Source of the DNA: Actinobacteria bacterium UBA7524
GTDB taxonomy: Bacteria > Actinomycetota > Coriobacteriia > Anaerosomatales > UBA912
Direction of reading: 5' to 3'
Assembly (NCBI GenBank): GCA_002478275.1
Contig: DLMY01000050.1
Span: 1-56,107, forward strand
DNA length: 56,107 nucleotides
The position numbers and the translations under genes were made by a program. Below are positions 27,567 through 38,553 of this stretch, one piece after another; within the stretch, counting starts at the first letter, position 1; each line of letters opens with the position of its first letter. The notes beneath the pieces were generated by a model. The model was given only the letters and a program-made list of their open reading frames with translations. It was not told where the DNA came from and made no database searches.

Positions 27567-28790
27567 CTATAGCTCGTACCCGGACTCGGCATGTTCGGAC
27601 AGGTCGCAGCCGGTCTCCTCGGCATCTTCGTCGATGCGCAGGCCGATGACGAGGTCGATCAGCTTGAGGATGATGAAGCTGGCGACGAACGAGAACACGA
27701 TGGTCAAGACGATGCCGATCACCTGCTCGAGGATGAGGCCGCCGCGGCCGAGATCGGCGAGCGTCTCCGTGAGGTCGGCGTTGACGAGCGTGCTCGCGAA
27801 CACACCGGTCAGAATCGCGCCGAAGGTGCCGCCCACGCCGTGGATGCCCACGACGTCGAGTGCGTCATCGTAGTGGAACTTCTCTTTGAAGGTGACGCCG
27901 ATGAAGCAGCCTGCGCCTACGACGAATCCGATCGCGATGCCTGCCATCGGGGTCACGAATCCCGCGGCTGGCGTGATGCCCACAAGGCCGGCGACCGCAC
28001 CGGAGGCCGCGCCGAGTGTGGTGGGCTTGCCGCGCTTGATCCACTCGACAGCGAGCCAGCCGAGCATGCCGGAGGCGGCCGCGAGGTGAGTGGCGAGAAA
28101 CGCGGTGCCGGCGAGCTCGTTGGCTGCGAGCGCGGAGCCGGCGTTGAAGCCGAACCAGCCGAACCAGAGCATGCCCGCTCCGAGCACGGTCATCGGCATG
28201 TTGTGCGGCGTGAACGCGGTCGTGCCGTAGCCCTTGCGCCGTCCGAGCGCGATCGCGCCGGCGAGCGCTGCAGCAGCAGAGGCGATGTGCACGACGGTAC
28301 CGCCTGCGAAGTCGAGGGCGCCTCTCTGCTGTAGGAAGCCGCCGCCCCAGACCATGTGCGCCATGGGTGCGTAGACGATGATCGACCACAGCGTGATGAA
28401 GATCGCGTACGCGGAAAACTTCATGCGCTCGGCGAAGGCGCCCGAGATCAGCGCCGCCGTGATGACGGCGAACATGCCCTGGAACGCGATGAAGACAGGC
28501 AATGGGATCGTGCCAGACATCTCACCGAGGGTGCCTGCGAGTCCGGCGTACTCGAAGCTTCCCATGAACGCGCCGAGCGCCCAGTCGGTCGAACCGAACG
28601 CTATCGTGTAGCCCACGAGCGCCCAGACGACCGAGATGATGCCCATCGCGAAGAACGAGTGCATGATCGTCGAGAGCACGTTCTTCGAGCGCACCAGGCC
28701 CCCGTAGAACAGCGCGAGCCCTGGCACCATGAACAGCACGAGCGCCGAGGACATCAGTATGAACGCGGTATCTCCGTAGTCGATTCCCAT
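27567..28790 (-). CDS. amtB: Ammonium transporter
   Basis: PGLALFYGGLVR, DFAGGTVVH, WFGWFGFNAGS, DDALDVVGIHG. Confidence 0.97.
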   Translation of the reverse strand: MGIDYGDTAFILMSSALVLFMVPGLALFYGGLVRSKNVLSTIMHSFFAMGIISVVWALVGYTIAFGSTDWALGAFMGSFEYAGLAGTLGEMSGTIPLPVFIAFQGMFAVITAALISGAFAERMKFSAYAIFITLWSIIVYAPMAHMVWGGGFLQQRGALDFAGGTVVHIASAAAALAGAIALGRRKGYGTTAFTPHNMPMTVLGAGMLWFGWFGFNAGSALAANELAGTAFLATHLAAASGMLGWLAVEWIKRGKPTTLGAASGAVAGLVGITPAAGFVTPMAGIAIGFVVGAGCFIGVTFKEKFHYDDALDVVGIHGVGGTFGAILTGVFASTLVNADLTETLADLGRGGLILEQVIGIVLTIVFSFVASFIILKLIDLVIGLRIDEDAEETGCDLSEHAESGYEL

Positions 28791-28861
28791 CTGCCTCTCC
28801 GTTTCCGCTCCCTTCGCAAAGACCCCGGATCGCCGAGGAGCCCGTGCGACATTGCCTGCGT

Positions 28862-28902
28862 GTTTCGTAGAGGTTACGGGCCGCGTGTTTCGGTCGTGTT
28901 TC
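28862..28902 (-). promoter_or_regulatory. GlnR-type box upstream of amtB
   Basis: Minus strand GAAAC-n6-GAAAC-n9-GTAAC-n6-GAAAC; matches the actinobacterial GTnAC-n6-GAAAC consensus. Confidence 0.7.
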
Positions 28903-28943
28903 TGACTGGCTTGAGGTGCGAATTCGCGGGACGCCGCTCGTGA

Positions 28944-28976
28944 AACAGGAGCCGGACGGTGTGTCCGGCTCCTGTT
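28944..28976. terminator. Perfect 14-bp hairpin terminator
   Basis: AACAGGAGCCGGAC / GTCCGGCTCCTGTT. Confidence 0.8.
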
Positions 28977-29032
28977 GTTTCAGGGACGGGCCACTCGCTG
29001 CCGAGCGAGGTTTCCTCGGCCAGTGAAAGGTT

Positions 29033-29989
29033 CTAGTTGGTTGGCACGATCTTGAGAGTGTCAGTGCCAGAGAAGGCACCACCGGCCCAGAAGAAGCCAG
29101 TGACCGTGCCCATGGTCTGACCGGGGAGGTATGTGCCGTCGACGTCTTCGATATGGACGATCAGGTCGTCGTATCCGTCGAAGTTGTAGTCCTCGATCGA
29201 GGCTTGAGCGGTCATGCTCTTGCCCTTGAACCGCACTGCCATGCCGTCCAGGGCTACCGTCGCGGGATTGATGGTCGTCACGTCGAACGTGGCCGAGCCC
29301 AGGATCGCCACAGGGATGACGCCTTTGCCGTTGTTGTTGACGGCGTTCGGATCGCTCATGGGCCTGATGTCTACCGTTACCTGGGCGATGTACTCGTCGA
29401 GCGAGAAATCGTCCAGGCAGTAGTCGTTGCCGCTGGCGGCCAGTGTCGGCGAAACGAGCTTCAGTGTCGCGGTCGTGGCGCTTCCGGCGGTCCAGTGGTA
29501 GTCGTACTGGACCCATTGGCCGACCGCTCCGTCTGCGACATATGTGTCCACTTTGACGTCATTGATATAGAGATCCAGCGTCGGAGGCGCTTCACCGATG
29601 CTCTTGGCACCCCAGAACGAGAATGAATACACGCGTCCCGGTAGCACGTTCACTGTCGGGGCGGTCCATACGACCTTGTTCGGCGTGGTCGAGCCGTTGA
29701 CGATCATCATATTGCCCACGGCCGGGTCGTCGGGTGTGGTGTGGTCTCCGTGAGGTCCGTACACCCAGTGCGCGTGGTAGTCGTACGGGTCCTTGCCCAG
29801 AGCGTACGTTCCCTCACCCCACAGGGTGGAGTGCCCGGTCGCGGCCACATACGTGTACTCCGAACTGAACCCGACGCCGTTGCCGAGTTCGAAGTCGCCG
29901 TTGGTCAGCAATTCGACCGCGAAGGCCTGTGTGCTTATTGCGAGTATCAGTACTACTGCGAGTATGAAGACGAGCGATAGTCTCTTCAT
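29033..29989 (-). CDS. Secreted two-domain beta-rich protein (carbohydrate-binding-like N domain)
   Basis: Signal peptide; LLTNGDFE...YSFSFW...LDDFSL; C domain VIPVAILGS...DYNFDGYDDL. Confidence 0.8.
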   Translation of the reverse strand: MKRLSLVFILAVVLILAISTQAFAVELLTNGDFELGNGVGFSSEYTYVAATGHSTLWGEGTYALGKDPYDYHAHWVYGPHGDHTTPDDPAVGNMMIVNGSTTPNKVVWTAPTVNVLPGRVYSFSFWGAKSIGEAPPTLDLYINDVKVDTYVADGAVGQWVQYDYHWTAGSATTATLKLVSPTLAASGNDYCLDDFSLDEYIAQVTVDIRPMSDPNAVNNNGKGVIPVAILGSATFDVTTINPATVALDGMAVRFKGKSMTAQASIEDYNFDGYDDLIVHIEDVDGTYLPGQTMGTVTGFFWAGGAFSGTDTLKIVPTN

Positions 29990-30092
29990 CGTTCAGCATC
30001 CGTTTCTCTCGAACGAGCAGTACACCGGGACGGTCGAGAACGGAGAGTCACCTCACTTCACCAGCCCCTGCGGCACCCATCCGGCCGCACGA

Positions 30093-30122
30093 ATAAAGAC
30101 CGACCCCGGTTCGAGGTCGGTC
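30093..30122 (-). terminator. Riboswitch expression-platform terminator
   Basis: Minus strand GACCGACCTCG-AAC-CGGGGTCGGTC-TTTAT. Confidence 0.75.
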
Positions 30123-30188
30123 TCACCATTGGCTCCCTGCCGACTCAGGTGACCGTATGTTCGTGTCGGCAGATCGATACCCCCCGTG
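30110..30188 (-). ncRNA. Cyclic di-GMP-II-type riboswitch
   Basis: Minus strand stem CTGCCGAC/GTCGGCAG, CGGTCACCT ... GGAGCCAATGGTGAGACC; same core as 8113-8190. Confidence 0.8.
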
Positions 30189-30460
30189 GCGACAACTCGG
30201 CGCGTGGCGCCGGTTGTTCACCGACTGAGATGTTACCCAAACCCCCGGCCGGATTCACTAGCCGAGTCGACCTCGTATCGCGCACGCGACTTGAGCCGTC
30301 TGTGGGCGTGGTAATCGGGCACACGCGCACGACTGTCGGCATGCCGTGGGGCGGTTCTGTGCATTGTGTGTGCGTGCGGGTCAAGGCATGCATGGTGCTA
30401 CCGGGAGGGGATCGCCGCTATGCCGGCGTACCGGCCGTCTCCTTTTGGAGGTGTTTAGAA

Positions 30461-33313
30461 TTGCATAGGATCAGAATCGCCATCGTGATCGTGGCGACGG
30501 CGCTCGCGTGGGGTGCCCTGTCGGGTGCGGCCTACGCGAGGACCGTCTACACGGGCGTGTGCACATCGTGCCACAGAGGGGTCGATGTGCCCGTCAGCGC
30601 CTCGCTGGTTTCGAACTCAGGTTCGGCCAGCACCTTCTCGTACAGTGCTCCGACGGCGGATGCAGTCGCGGTGTTCGCGGGTTCCGTCAAGCAGGTGGGC
30701 ATGACCGGTGCGACAGGCCAGTTCACCGTTGCCAACGGGCAGATATACACCCTCTACGCGGTCGCGGGCCCGGGCACGAACACCGGCATCGGGCAGACAA
30801 CGGTCACCGCTGTGAATCCGCCGCCCACTTCTGAACCACCAGCCCCGGTGGACGAACGCTTCACGTACATCGCCGGGAACAACCGCTTCGACACCGCTAT
30901 CCAGGCATCCAGGCACACGTTTCCCACCGGTGCTCCGGCCGTGGTGATCGCCACGGGCCGCAACTGGCCAGATGCGCTTGGAGGAGGCGCACTCGCTGCG
31001 GCCGTCGGAGGCCCCGTCCTGCTCACGGAGCCGGCAGCGCTGCCCTCGTCGGTGTCTGATGAGATAGTCCGGCTCGGAGCCAGGAAGGCCTATGTACTCG
31101 GCGGTACCTCGGCAGTCAGTACCGGGGTCGAGCTGTCGCTTGCCGGGCTCCTCGGCAGTTCGAACGTGACAAGGATCGCCGGCCGTTCGAGATATCAGAC
31201 CGCCGAGGAGATCGCACGTGCGGTGACCCAGCGCACTGCAGGGGCGCCGGAGTTCACAGGAGGCGCATTCCTGGCGACAGGCGTCAACTTCCCCGATGCG
31301 CTTGCCGCGACGCCGCTCTCCGTCGCGACTCGCAGGCCGATCTTCCTGGTCGGGCCGCAGGGATTGGCTCCGTCAACGTGGGACGCCATGCAGAGTTGCG
31401 GTGTCGATGAAGTGGTCGTGCTTGGCGGTACCGCCGCCGTCTCGACCGCCGTTGAGAACGAACTTGCCGGTAGATTCGGTGCGTCAGAGGTGCACCGGCT
31501 TGCCGGCGCGAACCGATATGCTACCGCGGTGGATGTCGCGACGTACGGCGTGAGTCGCTTCGGTCTGTCATGGGACGGCCTTGCCATCGCGACAGGCACC
31601 GGGTTTCCCGATGCGCTTGCCGGTGGTGTCATGCAAGGCCTTGCCGACTCCGTGATGCTGCTGACCACCGGTACCGAGCTACACAGTGCTACCAGAGCCT
31701 GTATCGAGACGCACAGAGCAGCGATCGACAATGTGAGCTTCCTTGGCGGCATGAGTGCCGTGAGCGAGGCTGTGCGCTCGCAGGTAGGCGCCGCGCTCGG
31801 CTCCGGTACGCCAGACCCGGATCCGGATGCGGACCCAGACCCGGACATAGAGCCGGAGCCCGATCCCAATGCACCACATGCCGCGTTGCGCTGGTCGAAC
31901 TACCCTGCAAACTGCCTGAGTTGTCACCCCGGCGAGTTCGGTGATGCCTACCAGGGCGTGCATTACCAGTGGCAGGGGCAGGCGCCTGAGAACGTCAACC
32001 AGCCCGGCATCTTGCAGGGCAAACTGACGAACGCCATCAACAGCTACTGTGTCAGTGTGGGCGACAACTGGCAGATCTGCGGCAAGTGTCACGCAGGCCG
32101 AGGTGCGGTTCCGGTCTGGACGCAGACGCCCACCAGAGAGCAACTGCTCAATGTGGACTGCCTTGTCTGTCACAACGACGATTACTCGAAGGTCCGCACG
32201 CGTCTTGCCGACGGGTCGCTCGGGCCGAGCACGACCGACACGGCCCTTCTTGATTCATATGTGCGGACCATCAAGGCCCCCACCCGGGCCAGCTGCCTGT
32301 CGTGCCACGCGTACGCGGGCGGTGGTGACGCCGTCAAGCGTGGTGACCTGTCGTGGGCGACCGCGAACACGACTGACCGCAACTACGACGTGCACATGGC
32401 GACCACGGGCGGCGACCTGTCGTGCCAGTCGTGTCACGCTTGGTCCAAACACAAGGTCACCGGTCGTGGATCCGACCTGCGAGTCACCGACAATCCGGGC
32501 GAGGTGACCTGTTCGACGTCTACCTGTCATCCGGGTGACAACGTGGCCGGGCACTCCTCGGCCGTTCAGAAGCATGTTGCGCGCGTCGCGTGTCAGACAT
32601 GTCACATCCCGGCGTACGGGCGCAACGCTGCGGATTCGGCCGCGACCGAGGCCACCGAGATCGACCGCAACTGGCTGGTCACGAATGTCTCGGGGGCGAA
32701 GCCGTGGCATCCCGGCAGCACCAAGGCGAACAACGTCACGCCTGCTTACAGGTGGTGGAACGGTACGAACGACAACATGCTGCTCCGCGATGCGAATCTG
32801 ACGCTGGGGACGGACGGGACATATGCGACCTCCAAGCCCGTGGGCACGGTGAATGGGAGCGGTACCAAGCTCTATCCGTTCAAGTACAAGACCGCCACGC
32901 AGCCGATGCGTGCAGCTAACCGCATGCTTGTGGGGATCGATACGCTTGACTACATGATCGGGTCCGGTAACCCGTACACGGCGACCGGCATCGGACTCAC
33001 GAAGATGGGATTCGCCTCGACCGACGCGGTCGACTGGGTCAAGACGAGCACGTACCAAGCGCTCAATCACTCGGTCCCGCCGGCGACCGATGCGCTGCAG
33101 TGTGCGGATTGCCACGGCTCGACGACGCGTATGAATCTCAAGGCGGACCTGGGATACGCACTCAAGGGCCCGGAGTCCACGGTGTGCGTCCAGTGCCACA
33201 ACGCTAAGAGCCCGATGACTTTCGCCGCTGTGCACTCCAGGCATGCCCGCTACGAATGCTCGTTCTGCCACACTTTCTCGCGGCCTGAACGGGGGTTGCG
33301 TACGACCCCATAG
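30461..33313 (+). CDS. CWB2-containing multiheme cytochrome c (OTR-like core; 10 CxxCH plus 1 Cx4CH)
   Basis: TTG after GGAGGT; signal peptide; CTSCH, three ATGxxF/WPDAL repeats, PD linker, then CLSCH, CGKCH, CLVCH, CLSCH, CQSCH, CSTSTCH, CQTCH, CADCH, CVQCH, CSFCH. Confidence 0.88.
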   Translation: MHRIRIAIVIVATALAWGALSGAAYARTVYTGVCTSCHRGVDVPVSASLVSNSGSASTFSYSAPTADAVAVFAGSVKQVGMTGATGQFTVANGQIYTLYAVAGPGTNTGIGQTTVTAVNPPPTSEPPAPVDERFTYIAGNNRFDTAIQASRHTFPTGAPAVVIATGRNWPDALGGGALAAAVGGPVLLTEPAALPSSVSDEIVRLGARKAYVLGGTSAVSTGVELSLAGLLGSSNVTRIAGRSRYQTAEEIARAVTQRTAGAPEFTGGAFLATGVNFPDALAATPLSVATRRPIFLVGPQGLAPSTWDAMQSCGVDEVVVLGGTAAVSTAVENELAGRFGASEVHRLAGANRYATAVDVATYGVSRFGLSWDGLAIATGTGFPDALAGGVMQGLADSVMLLTTGTELHSATRACIETHRAAIDNVSFLGGMSAVSEAVRSQVGAALGSGTPDPDPDADPDPDIEPEPDPNAPHAALRWSNYPANCLSCHPGEFGDAYQGVHYQWQGQAPENVNQPGILQGKLTNAINSYCVSVGDNWQICGKCHAGRGAVPVWTQTPTREQLLNVDCLVCHNDDYSKVRTRLADGSLGPSTTDTALLDSYVRTIKAPTRASCLSCHAYAGGGDAVKRGDLSWATANTTDRNYDVHMATTGGDLSCQSCHAWSKHKVTGRGSDLRVTDNPGEVTCSTSTCHPGDNVAGHSSAVQKHVARVACQTCHIPAYGRNAADSAATEATEIDRNWLVTNVSGAKPWHPGSTKANNVTPAYRWWNGTNDNMLLRDANLTLGTDGTYATSKPVGTVNGSGTKLYPFKYKTATQPMRAANRMLVGIDTLDYMIGSGNPYTATGIGLTKMGFASTDAVDWVKTSTYQALNHSVPPATDALQCADCHGSTTRMNLKADLGYALKGPESTVCVQCHNAKSPMTFAAVHSRHARYECSFCHTFSRPERGLRTTP

Positions 33314-33343
33314 TGCAGTGCAGGCATCCCTATACGCCAGTGC

Positions 33344-33373
33344 CGATGAAGGCCCGGGGACGGGCCTTCATCG
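33344..33373. terminator. Hairpin after the cytochrome gene
   Basis: CGATGAAGGCCCG / CGGGCCTTCATCG. Confidence 0.7.
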
Positions 33374-33476
33374 ATATTCGTCAACCAGTACCTGTCCGGC
33401 CTGCTGATATAATCAGCGCCAGGGCCGCCTGCGTGTCCTGCGGCGGTATCGCGAGAAGTGAACGCTCAAGTGGGAG

Positions 33477-36400
33477 GTGCCGCAGGTGACGTATTCGACG
33501 CGCGCAGTCAGGTTCGCAGATCGGTTCGTGAGGTCGCTCTTGGTGTTCGCGCTGCTGATGTTGTCGGTGCAGTTCACCGTTCCGGCTTCTGCCGAGGCGA
33601 ACCTGCGGGGCCAGATGGAGCCGCGCACGCTTGCGGTGGGCGCAGGCTACACACTCGAGATCCGCTCGGACGGTACGCTGTGGTCATGGGGGACCAGCGG
33701 CGCGGCGCTCGGGCTGGGCTCTGGCGTCAACTCCACCCGGGTGCCTCTGCAGGTGGGTGTTGACCGCGACTGGGTCCACGTCTCCGCCGGTAACTCGCGC
33801 TCGTTCGCGATCAAGGCCGACGGCACGCTGTGGGCTTGGGGAGACAACACCAACTACGCGCTCGGTCTCGGCGATTCGAGCACGCGGTACGAGCCGACGC
33901 TCGTGAACGCCGATGACGACTGGGTCGCTGTGGACAGCCAGGGCGGTAACGGCAGCACGTTTGCGCTGAAAGCGGACGGTACTCTGTGGGCCTGGGGCTA
34001 CAACGGTTACGGGGAACTCGGGCTCGGTGACACCGATACGCGTCAGACTCCCGCGCAGGTTCCGAACCACGACGACTGGGTGGCATTCTCGATGGGAAGT
34101 GCCCATCTCGTGGCCCTGAAGGCCGACGGGACCCTTTGGGCTTGGGGTCAGAATACGGATGGCCAGCTTGGACTCGGATACACATCGGTGTCGGTCGGCA
34201 CGCCTACCCAGGTGGGGACCGCTCAGGACTGGATCTCAGTCGATGCCGGCTGGTGGCACTCCATGGCGATCAAAGCCGATGGCTCACTGTACGCATGGGG
34301 TGACAACTACTCGGGGCAGCTCGGTGACGGTACGACGGGCCAGAGAACCTCTCCGGTAGAGATCGGCGACGGGTGGCGTGCGGTCTCTGCAGGCATGTCT
34401 TACACCGTCGGCATCAAGGCCGATGGCACGTTGTGGGGTTGGGGCTACAACGCGTATGGCCAGCTGGGCGACGGAACATTCGAGGGTCGGCTGATACCCA
34501 CACACACGGGCTCCGGCAATGACTGGATCGCCGTGTGTGCTGCTACTGGCGACTATCGTTCCTCGGCAGTCCGGGTCGACGGCTCGCTTCACGCTTGGGG
34601 CAGGAACACGGGCGGCGCGCTCGGTACCGAGACCATCAGTGATGTGAAGGAGCCCACTGCTGTCGGTGCGGCGTACGGCTGGTCGGCGATCGCCGAGGGG
34701 CAGACCCATTCGATCGCGGTCCGCGAGGACGGCACGATGTGGGCTGCGGGGCTGAACCGCTACGGTCGCCTGGGCCTGGGAATCGGGGACGAGTGGGCGA
34801 TCGTTCCCACGTACACGCAGGTAGGAACCGATGCGGACTGGAAGACGGTCGTCACGTTCCAGAACCACAACCTCGCCCTCAAGAGTGACGGCACGCTGTG
34901 GGCGTGGGGCGACGATGCGCAGGGTGAGCTGGGCGTGGAACTCGACGGCGGGGCGACGTACAGCATCAGCCCGGTACAGGTAGGCAGCGATGACGACTGG
35001 TCGTATGTGGCCGTCGGTGCGTACACCTCCTATGCGATCAAGGACGACGGCACGCTTTGGGCGTGGGGATGGAACCGTGACGGTCAGCTCGGTCTCGATT
35101 CAGCTGAGACGAACATCTGGTCTCCGGAGATGGTCGATTCCGATGTGCCGTGGGTGGCGGTTGACGCCTACTTCAGCTACGCGATGGGCATCAAGGCCGA
35201 CGGCACGCTCTGGGGATGGGGGGATCACGGTGGAGGCAAGATCGGGGTCCCGGACCTCTGGGACTATCCGCGCGCACCGATCCAGGTGGGCGAGGATGCG
35301 GACTGGGTGACGCTTTCATGCGGCAACAAGCACTCGCTGGCGCTCAAAGCTGACGGAACACTCTGGGGATGGGGCGACAACGGGAGTGGCCAGCTCGGTC
35401 TCGGCGAGACCGGGGCGACCATCTTCTGGGAGCCGACGCGTCTGCTGACCGACGACTGGAGTGTCGAGCACTGGTACGCGGTATCGACGAGCGACTACTC
35501 CTCGTATGCGATAGCGCTGGACGGCACGTTGTGGGCGTGTGGCGACAACGGCTACTCCGAGCTTGGAGATGGAACGACCGATCGGCGCTTCTTCCCTGTG
35601 CAGATCGGTGATGCCGTGAACTGGTCGGTGATCGCCTCGGGTGACTACGGCGGACGCGCGCTAGGGCATGACGGCTCGATGTGGGCATGGGGCTACGACG
35701 AGGCTGGCGCTCGGCGCTTCGGTGACGGCAGTGGTGCTTACGCACAGTACTACGCCCCCAAGGTGATCTTCGCTGGCGTGCGCGATGCTGGCCAGCAGCC
35801 CATCGGCGTGGCTGCCGGATACAACCACGCGCTCATGCTCAGGGGCGACGGGACGCTCTGGGGCTGGGGCTCCAACCAGTATGGTGAGGCCGGCGGGTCG
35901 GGCACGCGGTTGAGCCCGGCTCCGGTGGACGCGGCTGCCGACTGGGCCGACGTCTCTCCCGGATCGGACTTCACGCTCGCCCTTAAGGCCGACGGCACGC
36001 TGTGGAGCTGGGGCTACAACAACCAGGGGCAGCTGGGGCAGGGTGACACGATGGTTGCGCGGTCCGTGCCGACTCAGGTGGGTACGGATACCGACTGGAT
36101 CTCGGTTGCGGCCGGAACGTACAGCGGCTTCGCCCTCAAGGCCGATGGTACGCTCTGGAGCTGGGGCCTCAACACGGAGGGCCAGCTCGGACACGGGGAT
36201 TGGGAGCCGATACGACCTACGCCCACACAAGTAGGTACCGACAGTGACTGGGCAGAGGTCCTCGACGCTGCATCGCACACCTTCGCCCGCAAAGCCGACG
36301 GCACGCTCTGGGCCTGGGGCGACAACTTCTTGGGTCGGCTCGGCCTGGGTGACCAGGAAGACCGCAATGCACCCGTGCAGGTCGGCTCCTTTGACGACTG

Positions 36401-38408
36401 GGTGGCGGCAAGCGCAGGCGGCCATTCTCTCGGCGTCCGCGCGGACGGTACGCTCTGGGCGTGGGGGCGAGGCGACAATAGTCAGCTGGGTCTGGGCGAT
36501 ACAGAGAATCGTTTGGTGCCGACCCAGGTCGCCGGTTCCGGATGGACGGATGTCTCTGCGGGGTCGCTGCACTCTCTCGCGCTCAAGGCCGACGGCACGC
36601 TGTGGGCGTGGGGATCCAACAGTAGGGGTGAGCTCGGTACGGGTGACACCACGAGCCGCAGTATCCCGACGCGGGTGGGTAGCGCGTCAAGTTGGACAGG
36701 TGTCACTACGAGGGGCTTCTCTTCGCACGTCATCGATGCGGCGGGCTTGGTCTACTCGTGGGGCCTCAATGATTCGGGCCAGCTTGGTTTGGGTGACACC
36801 GGGACGTACCGCGTCCCGACGTTCGCCATCGCCGTGGGCGACGTGACCGCACCCCTGATCCTCGGAGTACGTTCGGCGACCCATCCGGTGGCCGGAGTAG
36901 CGTATCCGGCAGCTGATTTCACCGCTTCTGTCGATGTCTATGACACAGGTTCGCATGTGGTCGGCTACTCGTGGGTGGTCGATCAGCAGCCCGATACCGT
37001 GCCGGATGAGGTCGTGGACACCCGCGGTGCGGAGTCACAGATCGTGGCCGAGGACCTTGCGCCCGGCACCTGGTACTTGCACGTCCGTGCCATCGACGGC
37101 GGCGCGAACGCAAGCACGGTCTTCACGCGGTCGATCGGAGTGGCCGAGGAAACACCGCCGCCCCCCAACACCGCGCCTGTCGCGGTAGCCAACGCCTATC
37201 AGGTGCTCGAAGGCACGGCTCTCAACGTACCCGCTCCCGGTGTGCTCGCAAACGACACCGATGCCGAGAGCGACCCGCTGACCGCGCACCTGGTGCAGAA
37301 CGTCTCATCGGGAACGCTTGCCCTGAATGCGAACGGCGGGTTCATCTACACGCCTGCAAAGGGATTCGTGGGAACCGACACCTTCACGTACCGTGCCTAC
37401 GACGGCAAGGCGTACTCGAACACCGTCACGGTCTCTATCACCGTCAACGAGGCTACGGTCGTTCCCATCGAGGGCTCCAACCGCTACACGACCGCTGTAG
37501 AGGCATCGATCCGCGCCTACCCGACAGGGCTCGATCCGGCAGGAGCGCGCACCGTGGTCATCGCCACCGGTGAGAACTGGCCAGACGCTCTCGGCGGCTC
37601 CTCGCTTGCAGGCGCTCTCGACGGACCGGTGCTGCTTGTGCGCGCAGGTTCGATATCAACTCCAGTGACCGATGAGATCAAGCGCCTGAAAACCACCAAG
37701 GCGATCATCTTGGGCGGTACGGCTGCTGTGGGCGCAGACGTCGAAGCGGCGCTCAAGACGCTTCTTGGCAACACCAACGTCGAGCGCATCGCAGGTTCTG
37801 ACCGCTACAAGACCGCAGATGCGGTCGCCAAGCGCGTCATCACACTCAAGGGCGGTGCCTACGACGGCAAGGCGTTCGTGGCCACCGGAGGCAACTTCCC
37901 CGATGCTTTGGCCGCAGCCCCTCTTGCCGCTGCCAAGCACTGGCCGCTGTATCTGGCCCATCCCACGCGTGGCATCACCGCCGGTACGCAGGCAGCGATG
38001 GCAGGCGTCACCGACGTGCTCGTACTCGGCGGCACCGCTGTGGTCTCGCAGCCGGTAGAAGACTACCTCAAGACCACCTACGGTAACGCGAAGGTGCGCC
38101 GTCTTGCGGGAGCCAACCGCTACGCCACCGCGGTGGAAGTCGCCACCTACGGGGTGCAGAACGCAGGCCTTGGCTGGAACCGTGTCGGTATCGCCACAGG
38201 CGAGAACTTCCCCGACGCGCTTGCCGGAGGCGTGCTGCAAGGCAAGCAGGGTAGCGTCATGCTGCTCACCCGCTCGACCGCACTGTCCACCCCGACCCGT
38301 GATGCGCTTGTGGCCAACAAGGGCGTCATCGACAGTGTGACGTTCTTCGGAGGCGCCAACGCTGTCTCCGATGCCGTGCGCACGGAGGTCGCCAACGCGC
38401 TGAAGTAG
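33477..38408 (+). CDS. RCC1-repeat surface protein with Ig/cadherin-like domain and CWB2 repeats
   Basis: 21 xDGTLWxWG-type repeats; NTAPVA...[10 protein letters not shown]; three ATGxNF/WPDAL motifs. Confidence 0.9.
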   Translation: MPQVTYSTRAVRFADRFVRSLLVFALLMLSVQFTVPASAEANLRGQMEPRTLAVGAGYTLEIRSDGTLWSWGTSGAALGLGSGVNSTRVPLQVGVDRDWVHVSAGNSRSFAIKADGTLWAWGDNTNYALGLGDSSTRYEPTLVNADDDWVAVDSQGGNGSTFALKADGTLWAWGYNGYGELGLGDTDTRQTPAQVPNHDDWVAFSMGSAHLVALKADGTLWAWGQNTDGQLGLGYTSVSVGTPTQVGTAQDWISVDAGWWHSMAIKADGSLYAWGDNYSGQLGDGTTGQRTSPVEIGDGWRAVSAGMSYTVGIKADGTLWGWGYNAYGQLGDGTFEGRLIPTHTGSGNDWIAVCAATGDYRSSAVRVDGSLHAWGRNTGGALGTETISDVKEPTAVGAAYGWSAIAEGQTHSIAVREDGTMWAAGLNRYGRLGLGIGDEWAIVPTYTQVGTDADWKTVVTFQNHNLALKSDGTLWAWGDDAQGELGVELDGGATYSISPVQVGSDDDWSYVAVGAYTSYAIKDDGTLWAWGWNRDGQLGLDSAETNIWSPEMVDSDVPWVAVDAYFSYAMGIKADGTLWGWGDHGGGKIGVPDLWDYPRAPIQVGEDADWVTLSCGNKHSLALKADGTLWGWGDNGSGQLGLGETGATIFWEPTRLLTDDWSVEHWYAVSTSDYSSYAIALDGTLWACGDNGYSELGDGTTDRRFFPVQIGDAVNWSVIASGDYGGRALGHDGSMWAWGYDEAGARRFGDGSGAYAQYYAPKVIFAGVRDAGQQPIGVAAGYNHALMLRGDGTLWGWGSNQYGEAGGSGTRLSPAPVDAAADWADVSPGSDFTLALKADGTLWSWGYNNQGQLGQGDTMVARSVPTQVGTDTDWISVAAGTYSGFALKADGTLWSWGLNTEGQLGHGDWEPIRPTPTQVGTDSDWAEVLDAASHTFARKADGTLWAWGDNFLGRLGLGDQEDRNAPVQVGSFDDWVAASAGGHSLGVRADGTLWAWGRGDNSQLGLGDTENRLVPTQVAGSGWTDVSAGSLHSLALKADGTLWAWGSNSRGELGTGDTTSRSIPTRVGSASSWTGVTTRGFSSHVIDAAGLVYSWGLNDSGQLGLGDTGTYRVPTFAIAVGDVTAPLILGVRSATHPVAGVAYPAADFTASVDVYDTGSHVVGYSWVVDQQPDTVPDEVVDTRGAESQIVAEDLAPGTWYLHVRAIDGGANASTVFTRSIGVAEETPPPPNTAPVAVANAYQVLEGTALNVPAPGVLANDTDAESDPLTAHLVQNVSSGTLALNANGGFIYTPAKGFVGTDTFTYRAYDGKAYSNTVTVSITVNEATVVPIEGSNRYTTAVEASIRAYPTGLDPAGARTVVIATGENWPDALGGSSLAGALDGPVLLVRAGSISTPVTDEIKRLKTTKAIILGGTAAVGADVEAALKTLLGNTNVERIAGSDRYKTADAVAKRVITLKGGAYDGKAFVATGGNFPDALAAAPLAAAKHWPLYLAHPTRGITAGTQAAMAGVTDVLVLGGTAVVSQPVEDYLKTTYGNAKVRRLAGANRYATAVEVATYGVQNAGLGWNRVGIATGENFPDALAGGVLQGKQGSVMLLTRSTALSTPTRDALVANKGVIDSVTFFGGANAVSDAVRTEVANALK

Positions 38409-38553
38409 GGACCCGCGAGCAGAAGATATGCCGAGCGGGACTCTCCACGGGCTTTGCACGCTTGACCCTCGGCCTTACCGGGGATACCCTCGGTGAGCCC
38501 CGCGCCGGTATGCCGTCGCGGGCTGTCGTGCTGTCTGCCGAGGAGCGCCGCTG

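Noticed and set aside
31810..31870. CCGGA/CCAGA short repeats
   Set aside because: They encode the Pro-Asp linker of the cytochrome
33600..36830. Regularly spaced GCCGACGGCACGCTGTGG-like repeats suggesting CRISPR or DGR
   Set aside because: They are codon-degenerate RCC1 protein repeats inside one ORF; no cas or reverse transcriptase gene
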